This document shows, one piece after another, positions 38,799 to 52,414 of a DNA stretch of 64,000 bases. Within the stretch, counting starts at the first letter, position 1, and each line of letters opens with the position of its first letter. The notes under the pieces are model-generated. The model was given only the letters and a program-made list of their open reading frames with translations, was not told the origin of the DNA and made no database searches. The stretch is taken from NCBI GenBank assembly GCA_037444405.1, contig JBBIML010000009.1:128001-192000 (forward strand), in the 5' to 3' direction. A program made the position numbers and the translations under genes. The DNA comes from Armatimonadota bacterium (GTDB lineage: Bacteria > Armatimonadota > Fimbriimonadia > Fimbriimonadales > GBS-DC).

Positions 38799-41702
38799 TT
38801 AGCAGCCTGTGCCAAAGTTGAACAGCACGATGAGCAGGTCTGCATCATCCACGATGCCATCGCCGTTCAGGTCTTCGGGCAACTCCGTGCCTGACTGACC
38901 GAAGGCGAACAGCACGCGCAGCAGATCGCTATCGTCTACACAGCCGTCGCCGTCTACATCGCCTGCACAGCGGGCTGGCGGCTCAAAGCGCAAGCCGTCC
39001 ACCCACAGGGTAAAGCCGTTGCCCCATGTGTCGGCATGGATTTCGATGGCGTTGATGTTGTCCAGCGACACTATGCCCGATTGCGTGCGTTGCCAGATGG
39101 CATCCCCGCTCAACGGGATGACAAACTCCCGCCACCGCCCAATGGCGTCGTTCAGCACATCGGTGATAGGGCGCAGCTCAATGTAGCCCTCACCGCTGTA
39201 AAGCCGAACCCATGGGGAACGCTCCTGAAAGCCGCCGTTGGGGTTAATCGCATAGCAATAAAGGCGAATGAACTGCACGCTGCTCAAATCCCAGCGAGCC
39301 AGCTGGTTGCCCGGGTAGCGGAGCCAGGTGTCGAGCCCGCTGGTCGTCTCCAGGCGAATAGAGCTGCGGCCCACCCGTCGGTGCGTGGTGTCGTTGACCA
39401 CCTGTGCGTTGCCCTCGATAGTGCCCGCTTCCCAGTCGGCGGCGTTGTTATCGGTCAGCTCGGCAGGTGGGCAGCGCTGAACCGAGCCGCCCAGGCGCAG
39501 CCGCCGCTCAAAGGTCGCCACCTCGGTCTGACCCTGCCAGTATGCCACATTCACTTCGGGCAGATCGAGCCATGCGTAGTCACTGAAGCCGTCGTACTCC
39601 ACCTTCATCAACAGCACGCCGTTCGTGCCCACCACATCGATGTAGCCGAAGGGATTGGGGCGCAGGCAGTCGCCATTATAGGCGCAGGGCGCAAGGGCGG
39701 GATCTATTGGCACATTCGGCAGGGTGTAGATGCCGTTCGCATCGGTGAAGCCCTGTGCCTTCACCTGCGGCGTGAGCACCTCGCCCAGCCCCGGACGCAG
39801 GCAGCGCTGATAGACCGTGACCCGTGCATTCGCCAGCGGCTGACCATCCTGCCCGATAAAGCGCATCCGCACCGTCTGCGGCACTGAGTAGAGATACTGC
39901 CCGTAGTAGCCGTGCGCCTTGCCGTACCAGTGCCGCATCGCCAGCGCACTGTGCGCCGACAGGAACGGCGAGACCCCATTCATCAGGCACGCCACCGTGC
40001 GATACATCTGCCCGTTCACCTGATTATATGCGGGGTCTATATTCAGGCGATAGAGATCGATCAGCCCCAGCTGATGCCCCATCTCGTGCAGCAGCCCATA
40101 ATCGATGTCGTCAGCGGGGCTGTAGTAGCCCGCCTGACGCAGATTGCCGTCTCCCGCCCGAAAGCGGAACGGGAATATCGCAAAGTAAATCGTCTCGATA
40201 CTCGGGTCGGGATCGCTGTCCAGCAGGGTGTCCAGCACCTCATAATGCACACGCTTGGGCGAGCCTGCCGCCGCAAACATCGCGTTGAAGCGAGCCATAT
40301 GATGCTGGAGCCAGTCCAGAAAATCGTTCGTGACGGCGCTGGGGTAATTGCGGCTCTGCTCCCGAAAATCCTCTATATAAGAAGCGTCCACATAGGTGAG
40401 AAAGCCCACCGACTTCGCATACACAGCGAGCGAGTTGTTCGCGGGGCGCGAATCGTTCACATCCAGCACGAAGCGAATCTCGTGGTCCCCATCGTCCCAG
40501 ACGCGGTTGAGGCTGAAAGTGCGCTTCTGCCAGGGCGACAGCACGAGCGTGAGCGTCTCCTGATGGACCGGTGTGCCATCCACCAGCCAGCGGATGGTGA
40601 CGGTGCCGTTGAAGATGTTCGTGCCGCGATTGCGCACGGTGGCGGTATAGGTGACGGTGGAGCCGATAGCCGGCCAGCGCGGCGTGTTCTCATCCTGACC
40701 GCTACCCAGCCCTGTCGCGACGCTGAAAATGTAGGGACCGAACCCCGACGGCTCCGTGACTTCACGCACCTCATAGAGCGGGTCATAACGCGGGAAGCGC
40801 GGCGTGCGCGCGATGCTCACCACCTGCAGGTCGGTCTCATCGTACGGCGTGCGCGGACCGATCGAGTTGACCTGTGTGGAGAGCGCACCGCTGGTCAACC
40901 GCACCGCGATCGCATAGTAATAGCTGGTTCCGTTGAGCGCGCTCGTGTCCACATAGTGGGTCTGCATGCGATCCGGGATCACCGCGATGGGCGTCATCCC
41001 CTCCACGCTGCTGAACGGCTGGGTTGAGCGATAGACCTCATACTGCTGGAAGGCGGGATAGCTCACCGCCTGCCAGTAGAGCGCAACCCTGTGATTGCCC
41101 GCGATCGCCATCTGATAGTTGGGCGGAAAGATGGGCAGATCAAAGCGCAAGCCATCGAGCCAGAAGCGGAACCCGCTGTCCCATGTGTCGGCATGAATCT
41201 CGATCCAGCGCACGCGGCTCAGGTCGGGGTTGCCCACGCGCGTGGTGCGCCAGATGCCGTAATCGGTGAATGGCACGCGCACCTCCAGCCACTGCCCGAT
41301 CGCATCGTTCAGCAAATCATAGCGTGGCTGAATGCGTAGGTAGTCGCTGGCCGTCGTGTAGAGAATGATCGTGGGCGAAAAGTTTTGAAAACCGGGATTG
41401 GGGTTTTCCGCATAGACCCAGAACGCCATCCCGCCGATGTTGCTGAAGTCCCAGCTGGCGTTGCGGTCGATGGGCGCGAAAAGCCATGTGTCGAAGCCGC
41501 CGTTGGTGGTGAACAGCAGCGACGCCCTGCCGACCCGCACCCGCGCGGTGCTATCCTGCACGCTGGCGGATGCGTACTCCGCCCCGGCGCCCCACCGATA
41601 CGCGCTAAACTCGGTCAACTCATCCGGCGCGGGCACTGACTGCGCCAGACAGACGCCCGCCATGCATGCCATCAGCCATAGCAAACCCGAAATCTTGTGC
41701 AT
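38799..41702 (-). CDS. Secreted zinc metalloprotease-like multidomain protein (two CBM-like repeats, Fn3/CARDB-like) with GC-ending dockerin-like domain
   Basis: Signal peptide from ATG 41702, HEMGHQLGLIDLY, duplicated IEIHADTW..GF..W.DGLRF domain, GDVDGDGCVDDSDLL...FNFGTGC. Confidence 0.85.
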   Translation of the reverse strand: MHKISGLLWLMACMAGVCLAQSVPAPDELTEFSAYRWGAGAEYASASVQDSTARVRVGRASLLFTTNGGFDTWLFAPIDRNASWDFSNIGGMAFWVYAENPNPGFQNFSPTIILYTTASDYLRIQPRYDLLNDAIGQWLEVRVPFTDYGIWRTTRVGNPDLSRVRWIEIHADTWDSGFRFWLDGLRFDLPIFPPNYQMAIAGNHRVALYWQAVSYPAFQQYEVYRSTQPFSSVEGMTPIAVIPDRMQTHYVDTSALNGTSYYYAIAVRLTSGALSTQVNSIGPRTPYDETDLQVVSIARTPRFPRYDPLYEVREVTEPSGFGPYIFSVATGLGSGQDENTPRWPAIGSTVTYTATVRNRGTNIFNGTVTIRWLVDGTPVHQETLTLVLSPWQKRTFSLNRVWDDGDHEIRFVLDVNDSRPANNSLAVYAKSVGFLTYVDASYIEDFREQSRNYPSAVTNDFLDWLQHHMARFNAMFAAAGSPKRVHYEVLDTLLDSDPDPSIETIYFAIFPFRFRAGDGNLRQAGYYSPADDIDYGLLHEMGHQLGLIDLYRLNIDPAYNQVNGQMYRTVACLMNGVSPFLSAHSALAMRHWYGKAHGYYGQYLYSVPQTVRMRFIGQDGQPLANARVTVYQRCLRPGLGEVLTPQVKAQGFTDANGIYTLPNVPIDPALAPCAYNGDCLRPNPFGYIDVVGTNGVLLMKVEYDGFSDYAWLDLPEVNVAYWQGQTEVATFERRLRLGGSVQRCPPAELTDNNAADWEAGTIEGNAQVVNDTTHRRVGRSSIRLETTSGLDTWLRYPGNQLARWDLSSVQFIRLYCYAINPNGGFQERSPWVRLYSGEGYIELRPITDVLNDAIGRWREFVIPLSGDAIWQRTQSGIVSLDNINAIEIHADTWGNGFTLWVDGLRFEPPARCAGDVDGDGCVDDSDLLRVLFAFGQSGTELPEDLNGDGIVDDADLLIVLFNFGTGC

Positions 41703-41779
41703 GTCAATCTCCCCGCAGCTATAGAATACCCCCACCGACCACAGAAAGCCGTCGGGTACAATACCTGCTGGAGGCAATC

Positions 41780-42166
41780 ATGGAGGTTCCGAGCGAACTG
41801 CGCTATTCCCGCACCGATGAGTGGGTGCGCGTGGAAGGGGATGAAGCCGTTATCGGCATCACCGATTACGCCCAGTCGGAGCTGGGCGATATCGTCTATC
41901 TGGAGCTGCCCGAAGTGGGACGCTACCTGCAACGGGAGGAGCCGTTCGGCGCCATCGAATCGGTGAAGGCAGCCTCCGACCTCTACGCGCCCGTTGAAGG
42001 CGAGGTCGTGGCAGTCAATAATGCCCTGCAAGCCGCCCTGGAGACCATCAACGAAGACCCGTACGGCAGGGGCTGGCTCATCCGCATCCGCATGAAAGAC
42101 CCTTCACAACTGGACACCCTGCTGTCCGCCGAAGAGTACCGACGCTTCCGCAACATTGAAGATTAG
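41780..42166 (+). CDS. gcvH: Glycine cleavage H protein
   Basis: IGITDYAQSELGDIVY, IESVKAASD, NEDPYGRGWL. Confidence 0.97.
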   Translation: MEVPSELRYSRTDEWVRVEGDEAVIGITDYAQSELGDIVYLELPEVGRYLQREEPFGAIESVKAASDLYAPVEGEVVAVNNALQAALETINEDPYGRGWLIRIRMKDPSQLDTLLSAEEYRRFRNIED

Positions 42167-42168
42167 CC

Positions 42169-45644
<3,476 letters not shown>

Positions 45645-45656
45645 CCTGCGCCCCGT

Positions 45657-46280
45657 TCAGCTGTAATTGCGGATGAGACCAATCACTTTGCCGATAATGC
45701 GCACTTCGTCGGCGCGGGCGCGGATGGGCGCATAGGCAGGATTCGCCGACTCCAGACGAACCCCTTCACGCTCCACATAGAACCGCTTGATGGTCGCCTC
45801 CTCGCCAATCAGCACCGCCACCAGCTCGCCATTATAGGCGGTCTGCTGCGGCTTGATAATCACCAGATCGTTGGGCAGGATATGCTCGCCCACCATACTG
45901 TCGCCCCTGACCCGCAGCACGAAAGCGTTCTCCAGATTGCGCACCAGGCTGGCGGGCACAGGGATGAGGTCTTCGATGTTTTGCTGGGCTAAGATGGGCG
46001 TGCCAGCGGCGATGGTGCCAAGCAGGGGTAAATAGCGCACAGGCTCCCGATGCGGCTGATAGTCGGGATGCACGATACGGATGGAGCGCGCCTGACTGCT
46101 GCGGATGATGTAGCCTTTACGCTGAAGCGCGTCCAGCAACAGCGCCACACCCCGCAGGCTCCTGACCGCACCGACCTGCTGCTGAATCTCCCGCAGCGTC
46201 GGCGGATAGCCATGCTCCTGTGTATAGCGCACGATAAACTCCAGAACTGCTCTTTGCGACTGTGTTAAACCCTTCGCCAT
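45657..46280 (-). CDS. lexA: SOS repressor LexA
   Basis: GYPPTLREI, IAAGTP cleavage site, VRGDSM, ATIKRF. Confidence 0.95.
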   Translation of the reverse strand: MAKGLTQSQRAVLEFIVRYTQEHGYPPTLREIQQQVGAVRSLRGVALLLDALQRKGYIIRSSQARSIRIVHPDYQPHREPVRYLPLLGTIAAGTPILAQQNIEDLIPVPASLVRNLENAFVLRVRGDSMVGEHILPNDLVIIKPQQTAYNGELVAVLIGEEATIKRFYVEREGVRLESANPAYAPIRARADEVRIIGKVIGLIRNYS

Positions 46281-46533
46281 CGGCTACTACCTCCTGTTTT
46301 TATCGCTTCTGGGTTGGGTTCCCCCAGAGTGGGGGAACCACATTAACGACACTCTACTCCGCTCGAAACAGCAGATGGAGCGGTGGCTCCGAATCTCATG
46401 GATATTTTACTCCACATTTGTCTACCCATCGGGGCAAAAGCGAGGCAATCGGCAATTGTCGCGAGCGGATCAGCGCGGACTCGTGAAAAATGGGGTATAA
46501 TGGCTCTGGTGATGAAAAGGGTTGCTCTCGAGA

Positions 46534-46559
46534 CAGGGATGAAGCTCGCCCTTTCGACA
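46534..46559 (+). promoter_or_regulatory. SigH-like promoter motif upstream of the 46588 secreted protein
   Basis: CAGGG-N15-TCGACA (weakest match). Confidence 0.45.
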
Positions 46560-46587
46560 GCACTCCATCGCCAAAGGAGGCTACACA

Positions 46588-49206
46588 ATGAAACATTCGC
46601 ATCTGGGTTTGGTTGCCCTATTGGGCACCCTGATAGGCGCCTTGCTGGCGCCGTCGTTTGCAGATCAGAAAGGCGTGGTGCTGTCAGCTGATGGCGAGCG
46701 CCGCCTGATCGATCTGCCGCACTCCGCGTTTGAGGGCATCCCTCATGACCCGTCCAGTCAGGGCGGCTCCGATGGATTTGTCCTCCCGATGGTGGTCTCC
46801 ACCGAGCAGTTTCCTGCAAGACCTCTTCCGAGTCCGCCGTTCCGCCAGAAGGAAGCGCCCAAGCATGAGGTAGAGCGCGACCTGACGCCAGGCGATTCGA
46901 CCGCCGCGCAGGTGTTCGAACTCTCCGCCAGCGACTTCTACCCTCAGGCGCTGGATGCCTTCCGCTGGTTCGACGCGATTGGTCCTAACGACCTCACACC
47001 ACCCGACACCAACATTGCGGTGGGCGTTAATCATGTGATTGTTGCCACCAACGACGACTGGGCTATCTACGACCGCTACGGCAACGAACAGTACCGCGTC
47101 GATATTCAGACCTTTCTGGGCACGACCGACTTCATGTTCGACCCGCGCTGCGTGTATGACCCATGGAACGGGCGATACCTGATTCTGTATCTGCGCATGC
47201 GGGGTAATCAGGGCGCGAACGGCTCATGGTGGACGCTCATGATCTCTGACGATGCGAACCCGCACGGCAACTGGATTATCTATAACTTCGACGCCCGCTT
47301 TGATGGGGGTACCCAACAAAATCAGTGGGTGGACTTTCCGCATCTGGGCTACGATAACGAGGCGGTCTACCTCGCAGGCAATATGTACACTGTGAATGGC
47401 GGCTTCCGCTATGCGAAGGTGCGCATCCTCTGGAAGAACGAGATTTACAACGCACAGGCGGCTGCCTGGTACGACTTCTGGAACCTGCCCGCCACGATTG
47501 CCCCTGCGCAGGGCTATCGGGTGGTTGTAAGTCCCCGTCAGCACTACTGGGCGCATATTCCAGGCGGTGGCGGCAACTATGTGCGTGTGTATCGCATCGA
47601 GAACCCCACTGCATGGCATCAGGGTACCGGCACACCCAACCTGGTGAGCCAGGCAGATATCGGTGTAGGCGCCTACTCGCCGCCTCCGAACGCGCGCGAG
47701 CCGGGCAGAGGGCGCGTGCTGTGGACCGTGGACTGTCGCATCACTGACAAATCGCGCCTGAACTACCCCTACCTCTACACCAGCCACCATGTGGGCGTCA
47801 ATTCGGGGCAGTCGGTGGGCTGCAAGTACTACCGCCTGGATGTGTCCAACAACACGGCGCCACGCGACGGGCTACTACTCTTCAACGCCGCGTATGACGC
47901 CTTTTTCCCGACCCTCGAAGCCACCCGCGATGAGGATATGGCGCTGGGGCTGAACGCTTCCAACGGTGACGCGGGCAGCCCTTACTATGTGAGCTTCATC
48001 GTTTACGAGTGGCTCGAAGGCAACCCCAGTATCGGGGCTGGTGTGGGGTTGCGGTTCGGTTCGGGCGTTGCTGGCGCTGGCTCCACTGCCAATCGCTGGG
48101 GCGACTACTCCGCCTCTCAGTTAGACCCGTGCGACTTCCGCACGGTGTGGCTGGCAGGTGAGCATGCGCGCCCGAACACATGGCACACCTCCGCCCACGA
48201 GATCACCCTCAACAAGGTGCGGAGCAATCTGGTCTGCGCCGATGCCGCCGAACGCCGTGGTTTTACCACAACCCTTTCCGCTACGCTGACCCGCGCCGAC
48301 AATAATAACCCGATTGCTAACGCGGTGATTAACTTCTATGTTGATGGAACCTTTGTTGGGAGCACCACCACCAACGCTTCGGGCGTCGCGCAGCTCAACT
48401 ACACCATCCCGAACAGCTTCACGGTGGGCAACCACATCATCAACGCGGAGTTCAACTATTGCCCCACCAACGACCAGTATAGCTGGAGCCGTTCGCAATG
48501 CACCCTGCGCGTGTTGCTGGAACAGGGCGACGCGGGCGACCTGCCCGAAACCTCCCAGTCCACGCCGGGCGGCGCGCTGACGCAGGTGGATGGCGTGCTG
48601 GACGCAGACGATGTGGATATGTACGCCATCTATCTGGCGAACCCCGCCAGCTTCGTGGCGACCACGGTTGGCGGCGCGAGCTTTGATACCCAGCTCTGGC
48701 TGTTCGATTCGAACGGCAAGGGCGTGGTCTTCAACGACGATTCAAGCGGCGTGCAATCCAGCATCGACAACACCACGGGCTGTCTCACAGGGCGCTCGGC
48801 TGGGGTCTACTATCTGGCAATCAGCCGCTACAATCGGGACGCGCTGGGCTGCGGCGGCGGTCTTATCTGGAACAACTCGCCCTTCAGCACGGTGCGCTGC
48901 CCCGACGGACCCGAAGCCACCTCGCGCGTGAACAGCTGGAGCGGTCGCACCTCCGCAGGCGGTATCTACACCGTCTTCCTCACGGGCGCACAGGGCGCCA
49001 CCCGCGGCAATCCCGCCGATTGCTGCGTCGCCCATAACGGCGATGTGGACAACAACGGCTGTGTGGACGATGCCGACCTGCTGGCTGTGCTGTTCGCCTT
49101 CGGGCAGACAGGCAGCAACCTCGGTCGCGTCGACACCAACTGCGACGGCGTGGTGGATGATGCCGACCTGCTCGTGGTGCTGTTCAACTTCGGCAGCGGG
49201 TGTTAG
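46588..49206 (+). CDS. Large secreted protein with Ig-like and PPC/DVUA0089-like domains and GC-ending dockerin-like domain
   Basis: Signal peptide, PPDTNIAVG..FDPR..YD..RWGDY propeller-like region, [35 protein letters not shown]...FNFGSGC. Confidence 0.85.
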   Translation: MKHSHLGLVALLGTLIGALLAPSFADQKGVVLSADGERRLIDLPHSAFEGIPHDPSSQGGSDGFVLPMVVSTEQFPARPLPSPPFRQKEAPKHEVERDLTPGDSTAAQVFELSASDFYPQALDAFRWFDAIGPNDLTPPDTNIAVGVNHVIVATNDDWAIYDRYGNEQYRVDIQTFLGTTDFMFDPRCVYDPWNGRYLILYLRMRGNQGANGSWWTLMISDDANPHGNWIIYNFDARFDGGTQQNQWVDFPHLGYDNEAVYLAGNMYTVNGGFRYAKVRILWKNEIYNAQAAAWYDFWNLPATIAPAQGYRVVVSPRQHYWAHIPGGGGNYVRVYRIENPTAWHQGTGTPNLVSQADIGVGAYSPPPNAREPGRGRVLWTVDCRITDKSRLNYPYLYTSHHVGVNSGQSVGCKYYRLDVSNNTAPRDGLLLFNAAYDAFFPTLEATRDEDMALGLNASNGDAGSPYYVSFIVYEWLEGNPSIGAGVGLRFGSGVAGAGSTANRWGDYSASQLDPCDFRTVWLAGEHARPNTWHTSAHEITLNKVRSNLVCADAAERRGFTTTLSATLTRADNNNPIANAVINFYVDGTFVGSTTTNASGVAQLNYTIPNSFTVGNHIINAEFNYCPTNDQYSWSRSQCTLRVLLEQGDAGDLPETSQSTPGGALTQVDGVLDADDVDMYAIYLANPASFVATTVGGASFDTQLWLFDSNGKGVVFNDDSSGVQSSIDNTTGCLTGRSAGVYYLAISRYNRDALGCGGGLIWNNSPFSTVRCPDGPEATSRVNSWSGRTSAGGIYTVFLTGAQGATRGNPADCCVAHNGDVDNNGCVDDADLLAVLFAFGQTGSNLGRVDTNCDGVVDDADLLVVLFNFGSGC

Positions 49207-49214
49207 TTAAAGTT

Positions 49215-49242
49215 GGGGAGCAGGCATGAACGCCTGCTCCCC
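49215..49242. terminator. Hairpin between convergent genes, probable terminator
   Basis: GGGGAGCAGGC-ATGAAC-GCCTGCTCCCC perfect 11-bp stem. Confidence 0.7.
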
Positions 49243-49280
49243 GGCTGGCATGGAGGGTCCTTGTCGTGCCTGCCAGAAAG

Positions 49281-49844
49281 CTATCGGCAGCAGCCGCCCC
49301 GGCTGGTAGCCCGTGATGAGCGCTGCTCTGGCGCTTTCACGGGTGCAAGCGCGCCGCCTGCTTTGCGAACCGCTTCCTCCAGCTCGGCGTAGCGCACTCG
49401 CGCATCACGCTTGAAGGTGATCAGGAGCGTGTTCTTCTCCCTGTCGACCTTCTCCACTCCATCGATCCTGGCGAGCGTCTCTGCGACTTTGCGGGCGTCG
49501 CCCTTTTGAAGGCTCAGCGCCAGCCGACAGGAGTAGTGCATGCCAGAACCCATCGCATGCGGAATGTTCGCGACGGCAAGCGCCAGCTGGGAGACGGGAG
49601 CGACCGCCTCGTCGCAGGTGACCGTTACGGTGGCGGTCTTAAAGTCGGCTTTGACATCCTGCACGCCATTTAGCTGGCGCAGCCCCTCCGCAACGGCATC
49701 GGCACAACCTTCACAGTGGAATCCGCTGATTTTGAACACCACTGTGCGAATCTCCGGCTTCTGCTGAGCGGACTGCTGACTCAGCGACACCATAGCGAGC
49801 AGTGCGCTCGCAAGTCCAACGCCAATCAACTTCTTCATCGCCAT
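49281..49844 (-). CDS. Exported heavy-metal-associated (HMA/MerP-like) protein
   Basis: Signal peptide, GFHCEGC HMA domain, a second Cys-less HMA-like domain, C-terminal GGCCR. Confidence 0.82.
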   Translation of the reverse strand: MAMKKLIGVGLASALLAMVSLSQQSAQQKPEIRTVVFKISGFHCEGCADAVAEGLRQLNGVQDVKADFKTATVTVTCDEAVAPVSQLALAVANIPHAMGSGMHYSCRLALSLQKGDARKVAETLARIDGVEKVDREKNTLLITFKRDARVRYAELEEAVRKAGGALAPVKAPEQRSSRATSRGGCCR

Positions 49845-49964
49845 AGACCTCCTGTTGTAAAGGGCTTCGCCTTGTGCAACAAGGCGTAAGCAATCACGCT
49901 TGGGTCGGCTCCGCGCATGGTGCGCGGGCACGGTTCGATGGCAGAATGCCCGCGGCGGAAGGCG

Positions 49965-50591
49965 CTATTGCGATGCCGCGACAATCTCTGCCGGAAAGCC
50001 CAGCTGCTCCAGCGCAGCCCGAAGCTGGGACGGTCGTATCAGCTCGGGGTTATAATAGACCTGCACCTGACGGCTGCGCGCATCGATATCCACCCGGTGA
50101 ACACCGGGCGTGGATAGCAGGCGCTTCTCGATGGTCGTGGCACAGGCTTGGCAGGTGATCCGGTCCACACGGAGCAGCACGGTCTGCACCGAGGCTGCTA
50201 CGGGCACAGGTACAGGTAACTGCTCCGAGCGATGCGCCAGCAGCGCGGGCGTCAGCAGGGTTCCCAGAGCAAAGAGGGTCACCAGCCACAGCGCCACCTT
50301 CTGGAAGCGTTTCATGCTGGAAGCGGGCACAGCACAACAGCCCGCATCGGAAGCGGGCACGGCGCAACAATCGGCATGCGCTCGCTGCGGGCGATAGGTG
50401 AAATAGAACGCCATGCCCAGAAACGCGAAGGTCAAGCCGATCAGATAGGGGCGAAACGGCTCCAGAGTGGCGCCCAGCTCCACTGCACCTGCGCTCGCGC
50501 CACTCAGTAAGAGCGGGATCCAGCAGCAGGCAGACGAGAGACCCGCTGTGAGCAGCGCCCCTGCATACGCGATTATGGTTCGCATCATCAT
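49965..50591 (-). CDS. merT: Mercuric transporter MerT fused to a C-terminal HMA (MerP-like) domain
   Basis: SACCWIPLLL, LEPFRPYL, loop Cys pairs, ITCQAC HMA. Confidence 0.85.
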   Translation of the reverse strand: MMMRTIIAYAGALLTAGLSSACCWIPLLLSGASAGAVELGATLEPFRPYLIGLTFAFLGMAFYFTYRPQRAHADCCAVPASDAGCCAVPASSMKRFQKVALWLVTLFALGTLLTPALLAHRSEQLPVPVPVAASVQTVLLRVDRITCQACATTIEKRLLSTPGVHRVDIDARSRQVQVYYNPELIRPSQLRAALEQLGFPAEIVAASQ

Positions 50592-50606
50592 CCCTCCAGT
50601 CACGGT

Positions 50607-52013
50607 TTATTGGGCGCAACAGGATAGCTTGCTGACATCCTTGCGGAATGCCAGCGCCGCTATCTTGATCGACTCCGACAGGGTGGGATAGACGAAGAGC
50701 GTGTCGATCAAATCGTCCAGGGTCATGCGGGCGCGGAGCGCCAGCGCCGCGATATGGATGATCTCCGCCGCGTTAGGCGCCAGCATCGAAACGCCCAGCA
50801 AGCGGTTGGTGCCCTGTTCCACCACCATCTTAATCAGCCCGCGCGTATCGCGAACGGCGGCGGCGCGTGGTACCTGCTCCATCGAAACGACGCGACACTG
50901 ACAGCGGTAGCCGCGCTGAACCGCCTCGGCATCGGTCAAACCCACCATCGCGACCTGCGGGTCGGTGAACACGGCACGCGGGATCACCGTGTAGTCCATC
51001 GGCTGCGACGCGCCGCCAAAGGCGTTGCGGGCAACCAGGGCGCCCGCATGGGCGCCAACCGGCGTCGCCATCTGACCATCGATCACATCGCCTGCTGCCC
51101 AGATGTGAGGCACATTCGTGCGCAGATAGTCATCCACTCTGATGAACCCCTGCGCACTGGTCTCAACACCTGCCGCCTTCAGATTGAGCTGGTCGGTGTT
51201 CGGGCGTCGACCGACCGCGACGAGCAGGCGGCACGCCTCAAAGCGCCCCTTCGTGGTGTGCAGGATCACCCCGCGCGGCGACCGCTCCACACGCTCCACC
51301 TTCGTGCCCGTATGAATCGCGATGCCCTCTTCACTCAGCAGATGCTGAAGGCTCAGGCTGATCTCCGGCTCATAGTTCGGTATGACCCGATCCAGCATCT
51401 CGATAATGGTGACCTGACTGCCCAGCCGCGCGAACATCTGCCCCAATTCGAGCGCAATGAAGCCGCCGCCAATAATTGCCAGGCTCGGCGGCAGCTCTGT
51501 GAGTTTGGCGGGTTCGTCAGCGTCCAGCAAATCGCTGGTAAGCGCGTCCACCTCGTTCAAGCCCGGTATGGGGGGCAGCGCGGGACGCGAGCCAGTGGCA
51601 ATCAGAATCTGCTCCGCTTCCACCGGCTCGCCGTCCACCTCAACCGTATGCGGGTCCACAAACTGCGCATGCCCTTTCCAGACGCGCATATGTGCGCTCT
51701 CATCGGCGATGCTGAGATACTTTTTCTGCCGCAGTTCACGCACGATTTCGTCCTTCTGGGCGATCAGCTCATGGAAGTCGACGCGCTCCTGACGGGTGTA
51801 GATGCCCGCAAAACGGGGATGCCCCGCCAGATGCCACAGATGCGCCGCCTCGATCAGGTTCTTGCTGGGCACACAGCCCCGATTGACGCAGGTACCTCCA
51901 ATCGTGCGCTCCTCCACCATCAGCACCCGCTTGCCATACTCCGATGCCTTGATGGCTGCCGCAAACGCCGTCGAGCCGGAACCGAGTATCAGAAAGTCCA
52001 CTTTTGCCATCAT
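50607..52013 (-). CDS. merA: Mercuric reductase (core form, no NmerA domain)
   Basis: GSGSTAFAAA, GGTCVNRGCVPSK, FTDPQVA, YPTLSE and diagnostic C-terminal DVSKLSCCA. Confidence 0.93.
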   Translation of the reverse strand: MMAKVDFLILGSGSTAFAAAIKASEYGKRVLMVEERTIGGTCVNRGCVPSKNLIEAAHLWHLAGHPRFAGIYTRQERVDFHELIAQKDEIVRELRQKKYLSIADESAHMRVWKGHAQFVDPHTVEVDGEPVEAEQILIATGSRPALPPIPGLNEVDALTSDLLDADEPAKLTELPPSLAIIGGGFIALELGQMFARLGSQVTIIEMLDRVIPNYEPEISLSLQHLLSEEGIAIHTGTKVERVERSPRGVILHTTKGRFEACRLLVAVGRRPNTDQLNLKAAGVETSAQGFIRVDDYLRTNVPHIWAAGDVIDGQMATPVGAHAGALVARNAFGGASQPMDYTVIPRAVFTDPQVAMVGLTDAEAVQRGYRCQCRVVSMEQVPRAAAVRDTRGLIKMVVEQGTNRLLGVSMLAPNAAEIIHIAALALRARMTLDDLIDTLFVYPTLSESIKIAALAFRKDVSKLSCCAQ

Positions 52014-52399
52014 GCCTTTTCACCTCCTGCTGAATGGGACAACTGCTCTACCAGCAGGCGAATCGTGTTCTCCAGATGCCTGTTGCGCAGATAGTAGCAG
52101 GCGAACTTGCCCTCCTTGCGCACCTTCACCAGCCCCGATAGCGATAGAATCCGCAGGTGGTAGGAGATGGCAGGTGGGGAGCTGTCCAGCAGGGTCGCCA
52201 GCTCGCACACACAGAGCGGCTGCTGAGTCAGCGCGTACAGAATGCGCAGGCGCACAGGGTCCGCCATCGCCTTCAACAGCATTGCGGCGCCCTCAAAGGT
52301 TTCATCCGACGGCATCTGGCGAGCAACGCGCTGCACCCGCGTCGGATCCTCGTTATAAGCCTCGCACACAATCTCTTCAATCGGTCGCCTTCGGCTCAT
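52010..52399 (-). CDS. ArsR/SmtB (CadC-like) metalloregulator
   Basis: N-terminal Cys (IVCEAY), KAMADPVRLRIL, LCVCELA, ISYHLRIL, RKEGK. Confidence 0.92.
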   Translation of the reverse strand: MSRRRPIEEIVCEAYNEDPTRVQRVARQMPSDETFEGAAMLLKAMADPVRLRILYALTQQPLCVCELATLLDSSPPAISYHLRILSLSGLVKVRKEGKFACYYLRNRHLENTIRLLVEQLSHSAGGEKA

Positions 52400-52414
52400 C
52401 GATTCTTCTCCTCC

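Noticed and set aside
50607..52013. Dihydrolipoamide dehydrogenase call
   Set aside because: The C-terminal LSCCA and the merT/HMA/ArsR context indicate MerA.
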